This document shows, piece after piece, positions 20,188-29,270 of a DNA stretch of 64,000 nucleotides. Location of the stretch: the NCBI GenBank assembly GCA_963676795.2, contig CAXXTB010000002.1, positions 768,001 through 832,000 on the forward strand, read 5' to 3'. Below the pieces are notes generated by a model. That model was not told the origin of the DNA. It worked only from the letters and a program-made list of their open reading frames with translations, and made no database searches. Source of the DNA: Geopsychrobacteraceae bacterium (GTDB lineage Bacteria; Desulfobacterota; Desulfuromonadia; Desulfuromonadales; Geopsychrobacteraceae). The position numbers were made by a program, and so were the translations under genes. Position 1 is the first letter of the stretch. Each line of letters opens with the position of its first letter.

Positions 20188-21294
20188 CTAGCTTTGTGTA
20201 TCGTTAAGTCCCGAATCTGAAACGCTCTGCCATGAGATTTCATCAGCCAGAAGTGGGCGGGGTGTCAGTTGCAGGGGGAGTCGCAGAATGGAGGTTTCTT
20301 CGGGTGGCGCAAGCTCCCGGTAGAGTTCTTCACTGTGCCTGCTGTAGCTTCTCGACAGGTGCATCGGCAGGTAGTAGCTGGGCTTAAGCTCGGCCAGCAG
20401 CTGGTTGACATCCTCCGTACAGAGGTGGGACGAATTGCGGGCGCGTTCCTTGGCTTCGCCGAGGAAGGTGCACTCGCTGATCAGCAGATCAACGCCGGTC
20501 ATCAGTGCCATGATCTTTTTTCTGTTGTCCGGCGTAAAGCCGACATCGCTGATATAGCCGAGCGAGTGAGTCGTCTGTGGTTTCAGCAATGACCCGCTTA
20601 ATCCTTTCACATCATGAACGATGATATGTGTTCCATCCTGTCTGGGCACGCTTATCTGCTCCGGAAACTCCCTTTTTTTCAGATGACAGTTCTTCAATTC
20701 CGCCAGCCAGGGGCCGGGCAGGACCCCCAGCCTGTCGAACTGCTCCCGGTCGATTCTGAAATCTGGATTTTCATCGATGCGAAAGATCTGGCTTGGCACA
20801 CGGTGATCGCAGGCGGCGGAATGAACCTCGAGATAATCGTTGCGATAAATCGAACTGTCCGTCCGTTCCTCCGGCTCGAGCGCTTTTCGGATAAAACTGT
20901 CGGCACCGGAAAACAGAGCGCAACGGATATACTCAGGGTAGATCTCATGGACGCGGAAACTGCTCCAGTAGTCTTCCGCCAGGTTCCAGTCGTAACCGGA
21001 CAGCTTGTGCTCAAACTTATCGGCCAGTCCCGGACCGCCGAAGATATCCACGGTTTTTCCCGCGGCGATCAACTGGCGGACGACGGAATCGATGCCCATC
21101 CAGTGGTCCATATGGGCATGACTGATGAAGATCGCCTCGAGGTTGGTGAAGGTTCGTTTGGCCAGGTGGTGGACCTGTCCACAGTCGAACATCAGGTGGC
21201 GGCCGTTGGGGCGTGTCCGCAGCAGCAGGATCGGATCATCGATCAGGCCGGCGAAAAAGGTCGGGATCAGGTTGCGGTAAGGAAAATGGACCAT
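20188..21294 (-). CDS. RNase Z-like metallo-beta-lactamase
   Basis: FDCG, ISHAHMDHW, PGPWL exosite, SECTF, SHL, PMHLS. Confidence 0.85.
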   Translation of the reverse strand: MVHFPYRNLIPTFFAGLIDDPILLLRTRPNGRHLMFDCGQVHHLAKRTFTNLEAIFISHAHMDHWMGIDSVVRQLIAAGKTVDIFGGPGLADKFEHKLSGYDWNLAEDYWSSFRVHEIYPEYIRCALFSGADSFIRKALEPEERTDSSIYRNDYLEVHSAACDHRVPSQIFRIDENPDFRIDREQFDRLGVLPGPWLAELKNCHLKKREFPEQISVPRQDGTHIIVHDVKGLSGSLLKPQTTHSLGYISDVGFTPDNRKKIMALMTGVDLLISECTFLGEAKERARNSSHLCTEDVNQLLAELKPSYYLPMHLSRSYSRHSEELYRELAPPEETSILRLPLQLTPRPLLADEISWQSVSDSGLNDTQS

Positions 21295-21658
21295 CGATTT
21301 TGTTCTTTTCGGATAGGGGGACGGCCAATCTTGTTCTAGTGCCCGGTTATTTACAGGTTGTCGGACTCAAGTATTTTGCGAATTTCACTCACCACGAAGA
21401 GAACTCCGTCAATGTACCTCTGCCGGTTCGGATTGTCCATGACGGAGAAGCTCTTCATCGCCGGTTTTTTTCTTTCTGTCCCGTTTCTTTGTTAAGACAC
21501 TGGTTTTGCGAATCCCTTAGACTGGGGGTATGCTTGTATCTGGCAGGCATGCAGCGCAGGCCGGTTCTGATTCGACGGTTAATCACTTATTCATGTGGCT
21601 GTGCTGGGGGCCGTTTTTCTGCAGATTGAAACAGGGCCGCTTCCACGGAGATGCAACC

Positions 21659-22708
21659 ATGAAGAAACTGATTTCAACGGTTTTCTCTTGCGCACTGGCG
21701 TTATTGGTCTTTGCCTGCCATAGCGAGAACGGAGGCGACAGCGCCCGCTTTCCGTTACGGCAAACAAATTTGTCCGCTGCTGAGTCTGGCTCCGTAGAGA
21801 ATCCCATTATCCTGAATTTGGGCTATGGCAGTTCCAAAACCAACCCTCGTCATATTGTTGCATCCGCGTTTGCCGACTGGGTTCATGAAGAAACCGCCGG
21901 CCGGGTGACAATCAAGCTTTTTCCTGCCGAAATTCTCGGCACTGATACCCAGATGACTGAACTGCTTTCGATCGGCAATCTGGATATGTGTATTACCGCT
22001 CACGGGGCACTGGCCACATATGAGCCAAAACTGGCGGTTCTGGAGCTGCCCTTTCTTTTTGATTCTCCTGAAAAGGCCAGCCACTTGCTCGACGGTCCGA
22101 TCGGGCAGGAGCTGGCTGCAAACCTCCCGTCCCGGGAGATTCGGTTGCTGGCTTACTGGGAAAACGGTCTGAGGCAGATCACGAATAACCTTCACGCGGT
22201 CAATTCGCCCGCAGATCTTCAGGGGCTGAAGATCAGGGTGCCCGAAAATATCATGAGCCTTGATATCTTCAGGGCTTTGGGGACACGCCCTGTGCCGCTG
22301 GCTTTCCCCCAGTTATATCCGTCTTTGTCTCAGCATATTGTTGATGGCCAGGAGAACCCTCTGGCCAATATTTACGCGGCCAGATTTTACGAGGTTCAAA
22401 AGTATCTGGCGCTGACCAACCATAAATATGAGAGTTGCCCCCTGATTATCAACGAGCAGCGGTGGCAGAGCCTCGATGCCGAAGTCCAAGCTGTTTTGGC
22501 CGATGGCGCTGTGAAATTCGCCAGGCAGCACAGAGCTCTGGTTCGAGAAGAAGAGGCCGAAATTCTTTCCGAACTCGAGGCCAGGGGAATGGAAATCTCC
22601 AGACCCGATCTGGCTCCCTTTGTCAAAGTCAGTGGTGTTGTTTACGAGAAATATGAAAAGGTTTTCGGCAAAGATCTGATCGACAGAATTCGTGCCGCAG
22701 TGCAATAG
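21659..22708 (+). CDS. dctP: TRAP transporter substrate-binding protein (lipoprotein)
   Basis: LELPFLF, WENGLRQITN, DLQGLKIRVP, VDGQENP; LVFAC lipobox. Confidence 0.9.
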   Translation: MKKLISTVFSCALALLVFACHSENGGDSARFPLRQTNLSAAESGSVENPIILNLGYGSSKTNPRHIVASAFADWVHEETAGRVTIKLFPAEILGTDTQMTELLSIGNLDMCITAHGALATYEPKLAVLELPFLFDSPEKASHLLDGPIGQELAANLPSREIRLLAYWENGLRQITNNLHAVNSPADLQGLKIRVPENIMSLDIFRALGTRPVPLAFPQLYPSLSQHIVDGQENPLANIYAARFYEVQKYLALTNHKYESCPLIINEQRWQSLDAEVQAVLADGAVKFARQHRALVREEEAEILSELEARGMEISRPDLAPFVKVSGVVYEKYEKVFGKDLIDRIRAAVQ

Positions 22709-22777
22709 CGGGTCCAAGGCTCGGGCAGTTGTTCTGCCCTCTTCCGATTTTTGCTTTAATCACTTAGGAGATGATAG

Positions 22778-23308
22778 TTGATGTTGTTCCGATCTCTTCT
22801 CAACGTGATTCTTATCTGTGCGATGCTGGCTGTTTACGCGGAAGCGAAGCCGGTGGACAAGGATAAAAAAATATCATTTCATGTCGGATCTTATACGCAG
22901 CATTTAGGTGCCAATGGTGATCATGTTGAAGGCTTTGACAATAATCTGTTCAGTATTGAATATCCAATCAATGAATATGCACCATTTTTTGATAATTTCG
23001 TCATTGGTACGCTTGAAAACAGCATCGGCGATAGATGCTTTATGATGGGGGCACAAAAAACTTATTTTGATCTTTATGACGGGCTTTCATTTGAGGGCTA
23101 CTACATTTATTGCGGAGAGTTCTTCTTCGGTGTTTTTGCCGAGTGTGGTGATGATGGAGTTTACCAAACGATAAAGGAGCAAACAGGTTTGGGGTTTGCT
23201 CCTTTCATTTATCACGGTCTGCAGTTTGATATGACCAGCTATATCAGCCTGGATGTGGGTTTGATGTTGCCATCGATCATGTTTGTGAGTCTGCAATATA
23301 ATTTTTGA
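22778..23308 (+). CDS. Exported hypothetical protein, possible small outer-membrane beta-barrel
   Basis: Signal peptide, aromatic-rich strands, C-terminal Phe (QYNF). Confidence 0.6.
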   Translation: MMLFRSLLNVILICAMLAVYAEAKPVDKDKKISFHVGSYTQHLGANGDHVEGFDNNLFSIEYPINEYAPFFDNFVIGTLENSIGDRCFMMGAQKTYFDLYDGLSFEGYYIYCGEFFFGVFAECGDDGVYQTIKEQTGLGFAPFIYHGLQFDMTSYISLDVGLMLPSIMFVSLQYNF

Positions 23309-23448
23309 AGGGGCCGTTTCGAGTCGCTTCTCAATGTACGAATATGGATATTTCCACTTCGTGTCGATCTTTCGACATTGGGGGTGGGGGAAGTCCTTTT
23401 TGCGGATATAAGAAAGCGGGGCCGTTCTGACCCCGCCTGAATCGGTAG

Positions 23449-24309
23449 CTATTCTACTTTTGCTTTGCAGCGTTGTGCTATTTTACGTTTACCTCCGTAC
23501 CAGGCTAAACCTGCCAGACCAATACCGAGCAGCAGGAGGGTGGCCGGTTCCGGAACCGGAGCGGGGCCTTCCTGTTGTCCTCTATAAGTTGAACTGCTTG
23601 ACACTGAGGCATGAAGGTGAGTTTCAAACCAGTACCGGTCGTATTCTGATCCCTCGGCCCAGATCGCTCCACTGGCGAGCTCTTCAATTGTCAGGGTCAG
23701 AGTCCCGTCGTATGTGAAGTCTGCGGCCAGTTCGTTCAGGGTGAAATTCAGGCTATAGGGATCGTTGACCTGCATAAGACGATTTGAACCGGGATATCCT
23801 TCGGTGAGCCAAAAACTGATTTGTGTGTAGATACTTGCATTCTCGTCTGCGGCACTTTCTCTGTCCAGGCTCATCTCCAGCTGGTAATCAACTGAAAATG
23901 TATAGCTTCCTCCTGCTAATAGTCCCAGATAAACCCCTCTGTGGTTGTTGCCATTAATCCACCCACTGTAATCAGCAGAACCACTGGAAGAAGATACCAG
24001 TGATGTTGATGAGCTTGTCATTGTCGCAGTATTGTCGCCCACGGCAAAGGAGAGGTTATCGCTGACCCATGCTGATTGGTCATGGAAATAGTCGCTATTG
24101 GTAGAGTCTGGTCCATTTATCCAGCCTTCAGAGTTGAGGCCGTTATAAAGATAAGAGTTGGTCTCGTACGCATCACCACTAATGTTCAATGTCGACCAGT
24201 CAACGGAGATTGTACATTCGGCTATTGCGCTTGCATTTGCGCTATTTGCGAGAATGAAGAGTGAGAATAGAAGTAATAGTGAAAAACAGGTCGTCTTTTT
24301 AGCTCTCAT
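23449..24309 (-). CDS. PEP-CTERM sorting-domain protein
   Basis: Signal peptide; APVPEPATLLLLGIGLAGLAWYGGKRK. Confidence 0.92.
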   Translation of the reverse strand: MRAKKTTCFSLLLLFSLFILANSANASAIAECTISVDWSTLNISGDAYETNSYLYNGLNSEGWINGPDSTNSDYFHDQSAWVSDNLSFAVGDNTATMTSSSTSLVSSSSGSADYSGWINGNNHRGVYLGLLAGGSYTFSVDYQLEMSLDRESAADENASIYTQISFWLTEGYPGSNRLMQVNDPYSLNFTLNELAADFTYDGTLTLTIEELASGAIWAEGSEYDRYWFETHLHASVSSSSTYRGQQEGPAPVPEPATLLLLGIGLAGLAWYGGKRKIAQRCKAKVE

Positions 24310-24416
24310 TGCACATGCCTCCTTTCAGGTTTGTCCCTCCAGGTGTGGCAGGCGTAAATACCAGGCAGAATGGCATATGGGCGAGCAGGAAATCTGCTGC
24401 TACATAGTGTTACCAA

Positions 24417-24432
24417 TGCAACGAAAATGCCG
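24417..24432 (-). promoter_or_regulatory. Sigma-54 promoter of the first PEP-CTERM gene
   Basis: Minus strand CGGCATTTTCGTTGCA, GG-N10-GC. Confidence 0.7.
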
Positions 24433-24547
24433 TATATGAAAACCTGTGATGTTTGTATATGTTGCTGATTTGTAATGAGAATAATGATTTTTGATGTTAA
24501 GGCTGCCGACAGAAGTACTCCTGAAATCGGCCCTGATAAATGGGGGG

Positions 24548-24564
24548 TGTCGGTAAATTTTACA
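24548..24564. promoter_or_regulatory. PEP-CTERM enhancer-binding site (TGT-N11-ACA)
   Basis: TGTCGGTAAATTTTACA, 16/17 identical to 27570-27586. Confidence 0.75.
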
Positions 24565-24694
24565 GGGAGCAGGGACCGATGGCGATCTTGCTCAAGTTTT
24601 CTTCGTATCAACAGTGAAGGCACCTGCCACTGGCAAGCGCCTTCATTGAAACTTGGTCGGAGCGAGAGTCTTGCCATCCAGGGGGACTTACTGT

Positions 24695-25390
24695 TCAGCT
24701 GATATAACGCATCAGATAGACCTCGACGAGTGTCGCCATCTCTTCAATGCTGGTGCGTGAATTATTTGCAACCAGATGAAAAAGCCTTGAATTGTCAATG
24801 TCCTCTCCGGTAAATCTGCGCACAAAATCTTCTCTTTGCTTCTGGTGCAGATCCGTATATTTCCGCGCTTCTTTTTCTTCAAGATCGTGACTGGCCATGA
24901 TCTTCCTGAGCCGAAACTGGTAAGGAGCAACCAGTCGCACATGGATACAGTTTGACAAATCCTGGGTCACGCAGACTCCCCCGCGTCCGACGATGACGCA
25001 ATTGCCATGCGTGGCAAATGTGCGTATAGCCGATTTCATATGGGAAAAAACTTCCGTTTCTTCCGCTCTGCTGCTGTCGAGAAACATTGAAAAGAGTGAT
25101 TTGAGCGATGCCGGTGTGTCCTGTGACCTTTCAATCTGCTCGACAGAATAACCGGACAGTTCGGACACCTTTTCAAGCAATTGGCGACCAATGACAATCC
25201 ACGGATTTCCTGTGGCGCGAGCATTGAGCCTGCGGATCAGTTCTTCGGCTAAAGGGTAGGCCTGGCAGCCAAATTCCCGGCTGATGGTAATGCAGGGCGC
25301 AGGTTTCTCCTTTTCTGCCTGCATCTGTTTCTGATGCCAGGCATGTAGCTTCGCCTCAAGCTGAGGGTTCCAGAAATTCGTTGATGGCAT
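24695..25390 (-). CDS. Cytidylate kinase-like family protein
   Basis: ITISREFGC, GNCVIVGRGG, HVRLVAP...R, FHLVAN. Confidence 0.85.
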   Translation of the reverse strand: MPSTNFWNPQLEAKLHAWHQKQMQAEKEKPAPCITISREFGCQAYPLAEELIRRLNARATGNPWIVIGRQLLEKVSELSGYSVEQIERSQDTPASLKSLFSMFLDSSRAEETEVFSHMKSAIRTFATHGNCVIVGRGGVCVTQDLSNCIHVRLVAPYQFRLRKIMASHDLEEKEARKYTDLHQKQREDFVRRFTGEDIDNSRLFHLVANNSRTSIEEMATLVEVYLMRYIS

Positions 25391-25514
25391 AACGAGTCTC
25401 CTTTCCGGTTGCTGAACTATGACCACATTTCTTCAAAGTATAGCGGAATTTAGCGGTTCGGCAGAATTGCCTTTAGCGTTTACGGGAATTCTCAGCTGGC
25501 AAGTTATGGGGGCT

Positions 25515-25676
25515 GAGGGTGCAACAATCTTTGTGTAAATGGTCTTAGTCGGTTACAACCCGTAACTACTGCAGGAACCACTGATGACAATACCGGACAA
25601 CCTGCTCGATGCCCTGATGAAGGAGTATAAAAATCCTGAAGATCTCATGAAAAAAACGGGTTACTTGAGCAGCTGG
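25515..25676 (+). pseudogene. IS256-family remnant (terminal IR plus frameshifted transposase N-terminus)
   Basis: GAGGGTGCAACAATCTTTGTGTAAA resembles the IR at 36642 (17/25 by eye); ATG 25584 gives MTIPDNLLDALMKEYKNPEDL, then NGLLEQL in a shifted frame. Confidence 0.7.
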
Positions 25677-25694
25677 CCGTATCGTCTGTATTTG

Positions 25695-25830
25695 CCCCGG
25701 AATGAATCTTGTAGGGGCCGCACCTTTCGTGACTGAAGATGAGTCTCTTGCTGATGAGTTGAGGGATGCTTCCTGGTGCTGAGGCCGTCCGGATTCTTGC
25801 CGGAAAGGGAAAACCGCCGGAAAATATCAG
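25695..25830 (-). repeat. Degenerate copy of the tRNA-proximal part of the island arm
   Basis: tcgtgactgaagatgagtctcttgctgatg...ccgtccggattcttgccggaaaggg aligns with ~28006-28140. Confidence 0.75.
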
Positions 25831-25969
25831 ACGGTTATTTCCAAATGTGCCTATTGAGTGAAATTAGCCAGAATAGTGATAATCTTTTCAAGATTACAGG
25901 GGCAGATACGTCAATCTGTCCGTATCTGTCTTCAAAATTTCATCATCCTTGATTCGATGGAGGAAAACG

Positions 25970-26350
25970 ATGCCTACGAGACTCGAAGTTTTCAAGTGTA
26001 TCCGCTGTGGAATTATTATCGAAGTTATGCATAGCGGGTCTGGCCAACTGGATTGCTGTGGCCTGAACATGCAATTGATGTCCGAGAATACTGTCGATGC
26101 GGCTACCGAGAAGCACGTTCCTGTTATTGAGTATGGTGACGGAATTATCACTGTTAAGGTCGGCAGTGTAGCTCATCCAATGGAAGACACGCATTATATC
26201 GAGTGGATCGAGTTGATTGCTGATGGCGAGCTTTATCGTAAATACCTGAAGCCGGGCGCAGCACCTGAGGCAACCTTTAACCTGACTGCAACCAACGTCA
26301 CCGCACGTGAGTATTGCAACCTGCACGGACACTGGGAGGCGCAATCCTGA
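25970..26350 (+). CDS. dfx: Desulfoferrodoxin (superoxide reductase)
   Basis: [36 protein letters not shown]. Confidence 0.95.
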   Translation: MPTRLEVFKCIRCGIIIEVMHSGSGQLDCCGLNMQLMSENTVDAATEKHVPVIEYGDGIITVKVGSVAHPMEDTHYIEWIELIADGELYRKYLKPGAAPEATFNLTATNVTAREYCNLHGHWEAQS

Positions 26351-26420
26351 CAGTGTTAGTTGTGATAAGTGGAAAGGGGCTGCTCAGTTGGCCCCTTTAT
26401 TCTTAGACCAGCCCCTAAGA

Positions 26421-26640
26421 CCTCAGCCGTTACCTGTCTCAAGGACAACCCGCAGATGGGCATGGGCGACATCCTGAAGCAATTGCCCGTACTGGACAGA
26501 TTGCTTGTCCAGCAGGGTGTTCGTTGAGGAAAGAAACTCGTCAAGCAATTGAGCAATGGTGATGTAGCTGTCCGTCTTGATCTCGTGCCTGCTCAGCTCA
26601 ACCTCAGCCTCCCTGTTGCCCTTGCTTTCGACCTCTGCTG
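26421..26640 (-). repeat. Diverged partial copy of the island-arm ORF (3' half)
   Basis: Encodes QLLDEFLSSTNTLLDKQSVQYGQLLQ as in 27664-27978 and ends NG-stop at the same position. Confidence 0.85.
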
Positions 26641-26745
26641 ATGGTTCTTTTCCTGTGCGTAGGTGATATATACAGAAGAAAAGCGGAGCCATTGCTGACT
26701 CCGCCTGAATGAATGTGTCGGAATGCTTTACGGTTTCGTGACGTG

Positions 26746-27411
26746 TTATGCTTTTTTGCGTTTGCGAGCGTAGAAACCCAGACCAGCTAAACCGCAACCA
26801 AGGAGTAGTAAGGTTGACGGTTCTGGAACTGGAGCAGGTCCAACATCAACGCGGACATAAACAGTAGATGGTGATGATCCAAAATTTGCATCTGTCCAGA
26901 TCCATTCAGCGTTGTCGGAAATACCGGAAATTGGGCCACCACTGTTGTTATACCAAATAGTAGAGCTATTGTTTGCCCCATAAGTAGTCGCATTAACCCA
27001 GTTAGTCATATCGGTCGATACTAACCAGTCTGTAGAGGAAAGAAAGCTGCCTTGAGAAAATGATATTGGGTCCGTTCCTGCTGATGCATAGTTGTCAACC
27101 ATCTCTGCTAAAAAGCCACCTGGATTTCCAGAGGAAGGAGTGCCAACGTTGTCAATTTCCCAGATCAAAGAGAAATATTCGTAGCTTGATATTTGCCATG
27201 CACTGCTCGATGCTGTTCGCCAGTCATTCCAATTTGAAGTGTCTAGCGAAGGATATGACCCAAGGTCAACGGTGCTTCCGCCACTTTCGAACAGCCACAT
27301 ATTGGTGACGTTGTCAGCAGTAAAGGTGATGGTATAATTTGCGGCTAATGAAAACGCGCTTATGGGGATGAGGCACAACATTAATACTAACAAGATAATA
27401 AATCTTTTCAT
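26746..27411 (-). CDS. PEP-CTERM sorting-domain protein (AT-rich)
   Basis: Signal peptide; APVPEPSTLLLLGCGLAGLGFYARKRKKA. Confidence 0.92.
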   Translation of the reverse strand: MKRFIILLVLMLCLIPISAFSLAANYTITFTADNVTNMWLFESGGSTVDLGSYPSLDTSNWNDWRTASSSAWQISSYEYFSLIWEIDNVGTPSSGNPGGFLAEMVDNYASAGTDPISFSQGSFLSSTDWLVSTDMTNWVNATTYGANNSSTIWYNNSGGPISGISDNAEWIWTDANFGSSPSTVYVRVDVGPAPVPEPSTLLLLGCGLAGLGFYARKRKKA

Positions 27412-27449
27412 GGTGGCAGGTCTCCTTTCTTGAGGTTTTTTAGTTATAA

Positions 27450-27465
27450 AGCAATATTTACACCA
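27450..27465 (-). promoter_or_regulatory. Sigma-54 promoter of the second PEP-CTERM gene
   Basis: Minus strand TGGTGTAAATATTGCT, GG-N10-GC. Confidence 0.7.
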
Positions 27466-27569
27466 GGAGAGTAAGTCTCTGATATGTTGTGGTTATATTG
27501 ATGGTGCGTATCGCCGTGTAAGGCTTTGTAGCATTGTGTATCTTTGACTCTGGGCAAAAAGCGGTAATT

Positions 27570-27586
27570 TGTCGGTAAGTTTTACA
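27570..27586. promoter_or_regulatory. PEP-CTERM enhancer-binding site
   Basis: TGTCGGTAAGTTTTACA; a further TTTACA half-site at ~27598-27603. Confidence 0.75.
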
Positions 27587-27663
27587 GTTGGACGATATTT
27601 ACAGCATATGGCCAGTTCGTGGACCCCTGCCCGGAACTAATCTCCGAGCCCAGAACCAATTCC

Positions 27664-27978
27664 TCAGCCGTTGTCCACCTCATAAACGATCTGCAGATGA
27701 GCATGGGCGACACCCTGAAGCAATTGACCGTACTGGACAGATTGCTTGTCCAGCAGGGTGTTCGTTGAGGAAAGAAACTCGTCAAGCAACTGGGAAACGG
27801 TGATGTAGCTACCGGTCTCAATCTCGTGGCTGATCAGTTCAAACTCAGCCTGCCTGTTAACGCCTTCGACTTTCAGGTCATCACTCCTCTGCTGATGTTT
27901 CAAAGTATAGGCAATGTAGTCATTAATGAGTTTTTTGATGTGGGTCTTGCTAAGCATGCTCGTCCTATTGATTGTCAT
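27664..27978 (-). CDS. Island-arm ORF, possibly a relic of the non-catalytic part of an integrase
   Basis: 104 aa, duplicated at 38130-38444 and partly at 26423-26640; no catalytic motifs. Confidence 0.45.
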   Translation of the reverse strand: MTINRTSMLSKTHIKKLINDYIAYTLKHQQRSDDLKVEGVNRQAEFELISHEIETGSYITVSQLLDEFLSSTNTLLDKQSVQYGQLLQGVAHAHLQIVYEVDNG

Positions 27979-28208
27979 GAAGCTTTGGGTCCCTGTCCGG
28001 ATGCATCCCGGAACAAATCATTGGGTCCGGAACCCTGTCGTGGCTGAAGACGAGTCTCTTGCGGATGTTGTGAGGGAAGACTCTCGGTGCTAATTCCGTC
28101 CGGATTTTTACCAGAAAGGTAAAAAAAAACGCCGACCAAATGGCCAGCGTTATTTTTTTTAATTGGTCGGAGCGAGAGGATTCGAACCTCCGACATCCTG
28201 CTCCCAAA
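27671..28208. repeat. ~538-bp direct repeat, left island boundary (includes the tRNA-Pro 3' fragment)
   Basis: Matches 38137-38673 with two substitutions and one T-run indel seen by eye. Confidence 0.95.
28164..28208 (-). other. tRNA-Pro 3' half (att core)
   Basis: tggtcggagcgagaggattcgaacctccgacatcctgctcccaaa is identical to 38629-38673; identity stops at the anticodon loop. Confidence 0.93.
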
Positions 28209-28855
28209 TTCTTTGCACTGGCTAATCTCTGGTTTTCTGTCTGTTTTAAAATTCCAAATTGGGAAGTCGTGAATAGCACTCTTGATGAAAAAAATAAAGA
28301 GAATATTTGGGCGATTTTATTGGTAGTCGAATGGGCATTTGGAGACAAAAAATATATCATTCCATGGGGTTGCGGTTAATGCTGGTTGTCTTTCTCAACG
28401 ACTTTCTTTTCTCAAACGAGAACTGCAATTATGCATCTGTTGGCTGTGGAAATGAGCTTGTCCTTCCATTAACCGTTTCGTCTTTTGATAGCCCAATTGG
28501 TGGAAGGCGAGTCAGTTGCGACCGTACTTTGACCGTAGAAATCGGAGATGAAGTTTTACGAGTTCAGTCCGTTTCGTCGCACTCAAACTGCTTGTGGTCG
28601 AGTCGTTGCGGATCAGAAGGGGGAGGGGGGGGGGCTGAGCGCGGCCCACTCCCTTGCCTTCGGGTGAGAACAAAAAAAGAGGGGGGGATTGTGCTTCCGC
28701 CCCCATTTAGCCTCACTTATGAGAATGATTGATTGACGAAATCTTTAGCTTCATGACGGGAGGGCATAAAGCTACCTGGGTTTATTGGAGATCTGAAGTA
28801 TCTCGCTATTCATAAAGATCCGGATACTGCTCTCAATAAGGCTAGGGAAATAATT

Positions 28856-29191
28856 TTGACCTTATACAATAAAAAAATGTCTCACCTAAAAGAAATTGAT
28901 GTGGAGCGAACGATAAAGGCGCTGTCAGCCGCAAGTCACAGCCCCTTAATTGAAGGGTATGATCTTAGCGGGGCAAAAGGGGTCCTCGTTAATGTCACTG
29001 GCTCGCCAGATATGACGATGGATGAATTTCATGAAATTATCGATCATATCCACAAAAAAGTTGCTGATGACGCCCTTGTCATTTCCGGTCTTGTTGTTGA
29101 TGAAAACATAGGTGATTCGCTAAAAGTTACCATTGTTGCTTCGGGTTTAGCTCCTGCTGTTGCAGCCGTCCGTAATTTGAAAATCATGTAA
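28856..29191 (+). CDS. Stand-alone FtsZ C-terminal-domain protein
   Basis: SPLIEGYDLSGAKGVLVNVTGSPDMTMDEF...ADDALVISGLVVDENIGDSLKVTIVASG matches FtsZ_C; no GGGTGTG GTPase domain; start uncertain. Confidence 0.8.
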   Translation: MTLYNKKMSHLKEIDVERTIKALSAASHSPLIEGYDLSGAKGVLVNVTGSPDMTMDEFHEIIDHIHKKVADDALVISGLVVDENIGDSLKVTIVASGLAPAVAAVRNLKIM

Positions 29192-29270
29192 ATAGTAGAT
29201 TGTATCTGACAATTTTCATATTAAGACGTATCTGGTATATCAAGTTCGAATTGCTTTTTCTATGCGTCAT

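Noticed and set aside
28164..28208. Second tRNA-Pro gene
   Set aside because: Only the 3' 45 nt are present; the D-arm and 5' acceptor strand are missing.
27965..28379. ORFs 27965-28360, 27975-28196 and 28140-28379
   Set aside because: They run across the tRNA fragment and att junction and are probably artefacts; only a short peptide near 28340-28370 is kept as a weak lead.
28856..29191. Genuine ftsZ gene
   Set aside because: No tubulin signature or GTPase domain upstream and no dcw context.
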